The notes beneath the pieces are model-generated. The model was not told where the DNA came from. It searched no databases and was given only the letters and a program-made list of their open reading frames with translations. Below are positions 26,947-34,177 of a stretch of DNA of 34,177 bases, piece by piece; position 1 is the stretch's first letter; the number at the start of each line of letters is the position of its first letter. The position numbers and the translations under genes are program-made. Where the stretch lies: assembly GCA_021162685.1 (NCBI GenBank), contig JAGGYF010000042.1:1-34177 (forward strand). The letters run 5' to 3'. The DNA comes from Candidatus Iainarchaeum sp. GTDB lineage: Archaea; B1Sed10-29; WALL01.

Positions 26947-28827
26947 TTATCTAAATCCTCCTCCTCCCCCACCAAAACCTCCTCCAAAACCACCGCCACC
27001 TGACCACGAGCCTCCAAAAGATGAGGAAGAGGATGAGCGAGAAGTGGAGCCATAGGTTGATACTACACTGCTCCTTACTGCGTAGAGTCCAATGGCATTA
27101 ATACTGGTAACATCTATATTTGGTATTGCCATATTCAAGTCTTTTAGCGCTTTCAACACATTTTCAGCTACCCCTAAGGCAGTCGCATACACCAGCCACT
27201 TCCCCCACATATTTATGTCTTCTGGTGCATATTTTTTGATTAAGGAATAGTCGCTCAGCAATTTCCTGAATGCGTTCCACTCCTGTTTTCTCCTTGCATA
27301 TTCATCTTTGTACCTACCAAAAGTATATGACTCAAATAAGGCGGTGAAGATAATGGCAGAAATAGATGCAATGAATAAGCTCTTTGTAGTGATGAACAAT
27401 AACCACATAGAAGGAGTTTTTATAAAATTGAATAGGATAGATTCTGCAAGATAGAAGAATACGGCAGAGATTGTAAGTAAACTCATTACTATCTTCCACC
27501 CTGTTTTATCGTATTCTACTTCAATGTAAGGGGTTTCCAATTTCTCAAACATCTTTAAAATCTCTCTCAAAACGCTCCTTTTTCTTTCTTTGTATATCTT
27601 CTTTGCTACCTCCTTCATATCTAGTTGCCTTCCAGAGCCGTACTTTTCGGACAGGAATTTTAGGAGTTTATACATCTGAAGTTCAACTTCATCCATATAC
27701 TCTACTTTTTTGAACTTTATTATGCTCCCATTAATAGCTATGATGCCCCGCCTCGCAAGCTCTAAAATAACCGCTCTCATTCCATCTATAGTTAGTACTC
27801 CAGGCGTTCCCACATATCTAACATTAACCTCGTGCGGTTTTTCATTAGTTGGTGGGTAATGCAAAACATCTGGTATGTCCTTGAACGTTTTCTCCTTACC
27901 AAAAATGAGATATATAAGGAAGATAAAGATTGCTAAAACAGATGATGCCAATAAAGGAACAACTATAGAAAGAGCATATCTGAGATTTGCGATTGTACCT
28001 TCAATGGCATACTCTAACTTGAGACTCCCTATCGTTTCGTCTGGTTTTCCCGTGTATGTCCATACACCACGAACAGCATCCCTAGGAACAACGATGTTGA
28101 TCTCAAACATCTCGCCTGCTTCCATATTCCCTATCTTCATGTTATTGTGGGAAGGATATGTGAACACATCAAGGACATCACCTGAAACATTTAGAATAGC
28201 ATTTCTAATTGGCAGAATGAACTTGCCTGGACTAAACACCTTCCATCTGATCAAGCACTTTGTTTCATAACAAATGTAAGGATTTGGTACCGCATATTTG
28301 AAACGTACCTTATACTCCCCCTTTTTAATGGGCAAAGAGCTCCGACACGCCAATTCCACTGCATTAAGACGATTATATTTGGTAGCATAAAAGCCGATGG
28401 GGCATTCCATCTCTATTGCTCTCATTCCTTGCATAGGGCCGATAAATTCATAGCTTCTGTATAACTCATGTGCATTCTCCTTGCCAGTCATATGGTAAAC
28501 AAGTGTCTCATCAACAATCATCTCATCTGGATTTGTAGAAATATTAATCTGGTATGGCGAGATGTAGTACTCCGGCGTAGCATGGATAAAAGAGGGTATG
28601 ACCATCCACAAGATATTCATAATGAACACAGAGGCGATTACTGCCCCCAACATCTGTTTTTCATTACTGAATAGGATGTCTGCTTTTATGTTTTTCCTGA
28701 TAGAAAGAAGAAGTGCTGCCCCGAAAAAAACAAAAATGGCAAGAGAAGGAAACAAATCCCTGGGAAGAAAGAAAAAACCGATTACTAAAAATTCTAAAAA
28801 CAACCCCAGTATCAGTGCTTTATACAT
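26947..28827 (-). CDS. DUF2207-family membrane protein
   Basis: W.AFRK.L.D, W..WLVYATALGV and a Ser/Gly-rich tail ending GGGFGGGGGGFR; coupled to lemA. Confidence 0.9.
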   Translation of the reverse strand: MYKALILGLFLEFLVIGFFFLPRDLFPSLAIFVFFGAALLLSIRKNIKADILFSNEKQMLGAVIASVFIMNILWMVIPSFIHATPEYYISPYQINISTNPDEMIVDETLVYHMTGKENAHELYRSYEFIGPMQGMRAIEMECPIGFYATKYNRLNAVELACRSSLPIKKGEYKVRFKYAVPNPYICYETKCLIRWKVFSPGKFILPIRNAILNVSGDVLDVFTYPSHNNMKIGNMEAGEMFEINIVVPRDAVRGVWTYTGKPDETIGSLKLEYAIEGTIANLRYALSIVVPLLASSVLAIFIFLIYLIFGKEKTFKDIPDVLHYPPTNEKPHEVNVRYVGTPGVLTIDGMRAVILELARRGIIAINGSIIKFKKVEYMDEVELQMYKLLKFLSEKYGSGRQLDMKEVAKKIYKERKRSVLREILKMFEKLETPYIEVEYDKTGWKIVMSLLTISAVFFYLAESILFNFIKTPSMWLLFITTKSLFIASISAIIFTALFESYTFGRYKDEYARRKQEWNAFRKLLSDYSLIKKYAPEDINMWGKWLVYATALGVAENVLKALKDLNMAIPNIDVTSINAIGLYAVRSSVVSTYGSTSRSSSSSSFGGSWSGGGGFGGGFGGGGGGFR

Positions 28828-29387
28828 CAGAATACCTTTGTGTCAGGTCTCTTTTCTACTTCCTCTCCAAACTCAAGATATGGTTTCTTTGTAAATCCTA
28901 ATAAGCCGGCAAGTAGATTGTTTGGAAACACTTGTATTGTGACATTAAAACTTTGCACTTGGTCGTTATATAGGTATCTAAGTCTTGCGATTTCTGCTTC
29001 TACACTCTTTATACTTTCCTGTAAACTTGTTACTGCCTCTATTCCCTGTACTTTTGGATAGTTTTCAAACACAGCAAATAGTCTTCCTAACAAGCTTCTT
29101 GCTGCAGCATCTGCCTTTTTTATGTCTTCTGGCGTATTAATCGGCATCTGCCTAAGCTTCGTTACATCCACAAATACACTCTTTTCGTATTTTAGATAGC
29201 TTTTAGTAGTGTCCACTAATTGTCCAATCATATCAAACCGCTTCTTCATGCTCACCTGTATTTGATGAAATGTGTTCTCTATTGCATTATTTAATCCAAT
29301 TAATCTATTGTACAGTGTTATGACCCAAACGAGAACAACCAAGACTACAATAAGGAATATTGCCACACCAATATACAAGAGTAACAT
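28827..29387 (-). CDS. lemA: LemA family protein
   Basis: N-terminal TM, YN.L, KRFDMI..LV, ENYP, R..YND.V..FN, FPNN. Confidence 0.93.
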   Translation of the reverse strand: MLLLYIGVAIFLIVVLVVLVWVITLYNRLIGLNNAIENTFHQIQVSMKKRFDMIGQLVDTTKSYLKYEKSVFVDVTKLRQMPINTPEDIKKADAAARSLLGRLFAVFENYPKVQGIEAVTSLQESIKSVEAEIARLRYLYNDQVQSFNVTIQVFPNNLLAGLLGFTKKPYLEFGEEVEKRPDTKVF

Positions 29388-29420
29388 ATGCTCACCAATT
29401 GCATTACTTTGTAGTTCTTT

Positions 29421-30176
29421 TTAAGGCTTACGGTATTTTATCTTAACTTCATGTGTTTTCCCTTTTGGATCTGTGATGAATACCTTTGGTTTTCCATCTC
29501 TGCCCATTATAGCTGTTAGCATAGGAATTTTATACTGTTTTACTGCTTTGATATCAGAGGTAGATGGTCTTTCCACATTTACATAAAATGGATGCGTGTG
29601 CCACCACCCATGCGAATCGCTTTCAAGAAGAGCCCTGAGGGATACAATTGCTGAATGTTCATGTGTTACAATATTGCTCGTTATAAGTTTTATTTTATTG
29701 TTCTCTATCCTCATCGTTCCGTTGTACTCAGGAATACCCCAAAAAAGAAAACGATCAAGCATGCCCACATGCTTTGTTGCTTCTAAAAAAGTGGGTTCGG
29801 TTACACCAACAGAAAGGCCAGCTAGATGATAAGCGTCCTGCTCATCAATCTCAAGATTTGAAAAATCTATTTCGCGCAATCTTTCCTGTAGATTCTTAAA
29901 GGATTCCGTATCCTGGAAGAGGTCAAGTACATGTTTCATAGCATCTGATGGAATAGGTATGTCCTTTCCAAGCATCATTAATGCATCGTGAAGATTTGCA
30001 AGTGCTGCATCACTCCGCTCCTTCTCATATTGGTTAAAAGCCTCCTTGACCTTTGCGTACATCTGTTTTGCTTCTTCATCACTTATGAACTTGTCAGGAC
30101 CATAACCAATAATGGCAACACCACGGGCATGTTTTTCCAGTTCCTCTATTGCCTTTTTTAGCTTCTCAAATGACAT
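29421..30176 (-). CDS. JAB/MPN+ (JAMM) metalloprotease-domain protein with helical N-terminus
   Basis: E150...H193-T-H195-P-x7-P-S205-xx-D208 (WWHTHPFYVNVERPSTSD). Confidence 0.75.
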   Translation of the reverse strand: MSFEKLKKAIEELEKHARGVAIIGYGPDKFISDEEAKQMYAKVKEAFNQYEKERSDAALANLHDALMMLGKDIPIPSDAMKHVLDLFQDTESFKNLQERLREIDFSNLEIDEQDAYHLAGLSVGVTEPTFLEATKHVGMLDRFLFWGIPEYNGTMRIENNKIKLITSNIVTHEHSAIVSLRALLESDSHGWWHTHPFYVNVERPSTSDIKAVKQYKIPMLTAIMGRDGKPKVFITDPKGKTHEVKIKYRKP

Positions 30177-30228
30177 ATTCTAGTTATGGAGTGCAAAATA
30201 TTTAAATGTTAAATGATAAAGAAGATAT

Positions 30229-30635
30229 ATGGAATTTGAGGTAAAGCCTATTGAAAAGCAGCATATTGGTGCTATTAAGCAGTTATTTTCAGAGGAGGGT
30301 TGGCATCTAGAAAATCCACACCCTGAAAACACGCTTGTTCTAGTGAATGAAAGCGATGTTGTAGTAGTTGGGGGCGTACATTTTGATGTGCTGGACAATG
30401 GAACAGGCGAATCAGATATATAAAAACAAAGGTCAGAGGAGAAGAGTTAGGGTCAAGATTAGTACAAGCAGCATTAAAGGAATTGTTTAAGCAAGTTGAG
30501 CTTGTCATCACCACACCCAGCTCGTTTGACCCAAGGATTAAACGTTTTTTTGAGAAAAACGGATTCAAACGGTCATTGGGTGGAAAGATGGCAATAAGAA
30601 AAGATGAATGGAGGGAGATAAATGCCAGAGTATAG
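30229..30635 (+). pseudogene. Frameshifted GNAT-family acetyltransferase, about 135 aa if repaired
   Basis: A -1 shift at 30410-30411 (GAATC) continues IRYIKTKVRGEELGSRLVQAALKEL...IKRFFEKNGF, which are GNAT motifs A and B. May be a sequencing indel. Confidence 0.75.
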
Positions 30636-30969
30636 GTTTGCAGGTAAGAGGATGAACGAAGTACAAGCAAAAAAACATATTGAGGGAATGAGAGAGATGG
30701 TAAAGAAGCATGTGTTTGAATTTGAAAAACTTGGATTTGAAGGAAATGACAAAATAAAGCAGAGGAGAGCAGCAGAAAAATTATTAGAAGAGTTAAAAGA
30801 GACACATGGGGTTATCCCAGAAAACTTTTGGAAACATCCAGAACTCGGAGAGGAATATGGAAGAAACATTATGTATAATTTCAGCCGACTGGTCATGGGT
30901 CTAGAAAGTGAGAGAGAGGGAGCAATTGAGGGCATATTAAGAGCAATAAAAGAGGCACATGAGATATGA
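30622..30969 (+). CDS. Hypothetical protein
   Basis: 115-aa helical ORF with purine-rich SD; overlaps the GNAT end and the next gene (ATGA). Confidence 0.7.
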   Translation: MPEYRFAGKRMNEVQAKKHIEGMREMVKKHVFEFEKLGFEGNDKIKQRRAAEKLLEELKETHGVIPENFWKHPELGEEYGRNIMYNFSRLVMGLESEREGAIEGILRAIKEAHEI

Positions 30970-31367
30970 ATGAACTAGAAGAAAAGGTGATGAAAGTTAT
31001 AAGGGAGAAAGGAATTATCAGAATTATTCCACAGGATATTGACTCAATTGTAAAACGTGTATTTGATCAGGTTACAAGAGAGCATGAGAAGCAGGTTGTA
31101 TCTGCAATTGGGTCACTTATTGAAAAAAAGGAGTTGCACATCATACACATAGTCAAAAATGAATACATAGACCCAGAAAAAAACTATGAGGAAGCATTGA
31201 GTGCTGTTGGGAGTGAGAACCATCTTGTAGTGCCATCAGAACATGTCAGTATAGTAAGAGATGAACTTGGAAAACATACTGACATAACGAGAGAACTACA
31301 TAAGCCATATACACTAAGAAGAATAAGAAAAAGAATTGAGATGGTAAAACGTTTCCCTACTGGGTGA
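30966..31367 (+). CDS. Hypothetical protein, possible N-terminal winged helix
   Basis: MNELEEKVMKVI...VVSAIGSLIEKKELH resembles a wHTH; translationally coupled to its neighbours. Confidence 0.65.
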   Translation: MNELEEKVMKVIREKGIIRIIPQDIDSIVKRVFDQVTREHEKQVVSAIGSLIEKKELHIIHIVKNEYIDPEKNYEEALSAVGSENHLVVPSEHVSIVRDELGKHTDITRELHKPYTLRRIRKRIEMVKRFPTG

Positions 31368-31371
31368 TGTT

Positions 31372-33120
31372 TTGAGAATAAAGACTATAAGTTTAACGAG
31401 GAGCAGAGGGATAAAACAGATATTTGACATGTTCAAAAATCATCCCTCTAAATCACTTGAAGAGATTACTGCATCCAGACGTATACTTATACCTATGGCT
31501 GCATCCAGATCTAAAGACCATATACGATGGGATGCTGACGCTCCTCTACAGATGAGAAAGGTTCTACCCACGGTTGTATACCACAAAAGAGGATTTAAAC
31601 AGATTCCTTCATTGATTGAGGTAGATGAAAAATACACAATGCCAAAAGAGCCACTATTGTTTATTTCCCCGGATTCTTTTTCACACAGGCGTTTTGTTGT
31701 CATTACAAATAAACCGAGAAAACAATTTCAAATTCGGTTGCCTTCAGTAGGCCATCCTCCCTCTGACTTTGTTGGAGTGTTGCAGGGCACAATTATATTT
31801 CCTTCGCTGCCTCTCTACTTTTTCGAAAGAGAAATTCCTAGGTCACTGGTAATACAACACTTTCTTTCTGATAAGGTAGAGATGAAAACGCGACCCAGTG
31901 GGCTCGTTAGAATAGAGTTTGATAAAAAAGGCCCCCTCCTCTACAAAGAAAGTTTACTCCCTGAAAATGAGGAAGCACTTCAGATAAAGAAGGGAGATGT
32001 AGTTGATGTTTCTGTTCACGAGATAATTGAGCCACATGCACGATTAGGAGTATTGCATGCCGAGTTCTTCAAAACACTTGCTGCTAAACAACTCGCAAAA
32101 GAATTGGGTATAAAAGGGGAAGGTCTTGCTGAGTTTATCAAAAAAACAGAAAAAGGTAATCTTTTGATAAAAAAGAAGAAGAAGATGAAGGACATTGTAG
32201 AAGGCATATTCAGAAATGTTGGCTCCCTATTCTGTAAGGTGCACAATCCAGGAGAAGGAATACATATTATTCTGAATAGGAGTACCCATTCTGATGTATT
32301 TGAGATATTAACTGGAAGAAAAACAAGAAGGTCTACCTTGTTTGCCGGCGAGGGGAACCCACATAACATAGAGATAGGGCTTGATGGTAGTATTGGAATC
32401 GCATCTGATTTTTCGTATGCTATACCTGTTCGTACGGATGGAAGCGCGCCAGAATATATTGAACACCCGAAGATTCCTCAAAAGGTAAAGGTGTGGAAGG
32501 TATCAAAAGAGGAGTATGAACATGCTGCAGCCGCGGACCTAGCTACGTTTGTTCTATTTTGTATGGAAACACCTTCTGTGGTTGAGATCTTGCATGAGGG
32601 AGGTATAATAAATAAAAGACAATTCAATTCCATTATGTCTCTCTTGGAGGAACGAAAGAAACTTCTTGAAGATTTGGGTAAAATACGCTCAGAAGTCAAA
32701 ATGGATGAAGCATACATCAAACACAGAGAAAAGGCTAATAAATTCAAAAAGGCACTCATTGAAGCAGGCATTGAAGATTTGGATGCGCATGACATCCGGG
32801 TATACCTCAATACGAATATATTAGTAAACAGGATGGAAGATGCGCAATTGTCGCCAGCACAGATAATGAACGTTGTGAATGCGTACAAAGACGCATTGGA
32901 ATCGTTCATCAAGTTGGTAGATGCAGGGGAGAGATTGCAGAACAATAAGGAATATCTAGAAAAGGTACGAAAAACAGGCCAATTAATAAAGAAGCTTGCG
33001 AGGAGTAAAGCCACAAAAAAAGTATACGGTCTTCTGATAGAGGGCTACTCCAGAGAATATGAACAAAGGGTGGGGAAGCGAAAACCCTGGTTTTTGGTCA
33101 ACCTGATTAAGTCAGGTTAG
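31372..33120 (+). CDS. Large hypothetical protein with divergent protein-kinase-like motifs
   Basis: 582-aa ORF with LLYK192..E198/E200, GE327GNPHN332I, D346FS and AD389L in kinase-subdomain order. The fold call is tentative. Confidence 0.6.
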   Translation: MRIKTISLTRSRGIKQIFDMFKNHPSKSLEEITASRRILIPMAASRSKDHIRWDADAPLQMRKVLPTVVYHKRGFKQIPSLIEVDEKYTMPKEPLLFISPDSFSHRRFVVITNKPRKQFQIRLPSVGHPPSDFVGVLQGTIIFPSLPLYFFEREIPRSLVIQHFLSDKVEMKTRPSGLVRIEFDKKGPLLYKESLLPENEEALQIKKGDVVDVSVHEIIEPHARLGVLHAEFFKTLAAKQLAKELGIKGEGLAEFIKKTEKGNLLIKKKKKMKDIVEGIFRNVGSLFCKVHNPGEGIHIILNRSTHSDVFEILTGRKTRRSTLFAGEGNPHNIEIGLDGSIGIASDFSYAIPVRTDGSAPEYIEHPKIPQKVKVWKVSKEEYEHAAAADLATFVLFCMETPSVVEILHEGGIINKRQFNSIMSLLEERKKLLEDLGKIRSEVKMDEAYIKHREKANKFKKALIEAGIEDLDAHDIRVYLNTNILVNRMEDAQLSPAQIMNVVNAYKDALESFIKLVDAGERLQNNKEYLEKVRKTGQLIKKLARSKATKKVYGLLIEGYSREYEQRVGKRKPWFLVNLIKSG

Positions 33121-33227
33121 CACATTTTGTATAAGCCTTTTATGATAGGCCCAAGTAGTTGATTTCACAATCTTCACAAAAGTTTAAATAGCCCAATTGT
33201 AAAAAAGGGACACAGGTGAGGAATGAA

Positions 33228-34177
33228 ATGAAAAAAGTATTGCTACTTTTGTTGATAATATCTATCGCCCTAGCTGACGGACTTCCAGTAATAAAAGTAA
33301 CGATGGAGGTTCCAGAGATGAAGCAGAGCAAGCAGGTTGCATTTATTGACTGGGATGGAGAGGAGTATACAACTGATATATACGTTACTGTAGGACCCAG
33401 CAATGATGCCTTCTACTGGGTTATTCCTTTTGAAGACGTTCCAGAAGAGGTTTCACTCCACAAAATAAGCGCGATGCAATATACTAATAGGATTAATGCA
33501 TTCAGGAACGATGTTTGGAAATCGAAAAACATGAAGTACCTTTATGATGACGCTTCTGAAAAGCATAAATGGGTCGCGCTTACAAACCCTATAGCACTTG
33601 CAGTAGGAGTGGTGGCTGCACCTATATGGCTAATCACAACAGGTGGATCCACGTTGAGTGCAGGAGGCGCAATCTCCACTACGCAAAAGGTTGTACCAAT
33701 AAAGTCCTTTAATTTTGGTGAACTCGGGTATGCAGAAGTCTACGATGCTTCTGGAGTAAGTCTTAAGCACTTTTTCCAGTCAAAAGGAGTGCCCGTTCCA
33801 GAAAAACTGAATGCATTCGAGGAAAAAAAGATTGTAGTATTCAGTATAAACAGACTTGAAAAAGAAACAAACCTACTTGCATCATTTAGGTTTAAAAGCA
33901 AGGGAAAAATTTTCTACCCATCAAGCACTACATCGATATGGAAAGGCGTGAATTATGATGATTTTGCACTTTACATAAAGACACCAAGGGATTACTCTGT
34001 TGATTATGCATATCCTCTGAAACCAAGGGGCAACACGCATAATATGTTTAACTCGTTTTTCTATTATTATGGAAATGACAAAGTTTTTAGAGAAGACATA
34101 CGTATACAGTTTAAGCATGAGAAGAAAGAGTTCAAGATATCGCAGCTAATTGAGTATTATATTCCTCTGCAGTGGAT
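33228..34177 (+). CDS. Secreted/membrane protein, DUF2330-like; truncated by the window end
   Basis: MKKVLLLLLIISIALA-DG signal peptide, QVAFIDWDG, FYWVIPF...P, IFYPS. The frame is open to the window end; SD AGGTGAGG upstream. Confidence 0.7.
   Translation, partial: MKKVLLLLLIISIALADGLPVIKVTMEVPEMKQSKQVAFIDWDGEEYTTDIYVTVGPSNDAFYWVIPFEDVPEEVSLHKISAMQYTNRINAFRNDVWKSKNMKYLYDDASEKHKWVALTNPIALAVGVVAAPIWLITTGGSTLSAGGAISTTQKVVPIKSFNFGELGYAEVYDASGVSLKHFFQSKGVPVPEKLNAFEEKKIVVFSINRLEKETNLLASFRFKSKGKIFYPSSTTSIWKGVNYDDFALYIKTPRDYSVDYAYPLKPRGNTHNMFNSFFYYYGNDKVFREDIRIQFKHEKKEFKISQLIEYYIPLQW

Noticed and set aside
26950-27050. CCT/CCA-rich low-complexity tract
   Set aside because: It encodes the normal Gly/Ser-rich tail of the DUF2207 protein.
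1-34177. Numerous antisense or nested ORFs in the track; prophage, integrase or transposase
   Set aside because: The shadow ORFs lie opposite well-supported genes and have no motifs. No integrase, transposase, capsid or cas gene was recognised in the window.

Overview
AT-rich archaeal chromosome segment. Archaeal origin is shown by a BHB-intron tRNA, a box C/D sRNA, TATA boxes about 25 bp upstream of many starts and GGTGA/GGAGG Shine-Dalgarno sites. A DPANN lineage such as Micrarchaeota is an inference from gene content. The left and central parts hold tRNA-Ser(GCT) with a 56-nt intron and a duplicated, hairpin-rich upstream region, a transglutaminase-like surface protein, a Nudix hydrolase, glutaredoxin, acetyl-CoA synthetase, an AAA_14-type ATPase bracketed by phased 16-bp boxes, Na/Pi symporter + PhoU, dCMP deaminase, P-type ATPase, CPA2 antiporter, queE/queC and Hsp20. 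Two loci stand out. (1) A three-gene Thermoplasma-type mevalonate operon with two mevalonate-3-kinase-family paralogs, one of which carries Ala at the substrate-gating Glu. (2) An MscS-like channel fused to an intact C39-like cysteine peptidase, coupled to a RimK ligase and converging on a RimB-like protease and SpeD. Features missing from the ORF track include a dual-guide C/D sRNA (predicted 23S Gm2251 and Um2438), a SET/post-SET remnant, small ORFs and two frameshifted genes (zincin-like, GNAT). The right end is an orphan-rich island with JAB/MPN, GNAT and divergent kinase-like proteins. All family calls come from motif recognition by eye; no database search was run.
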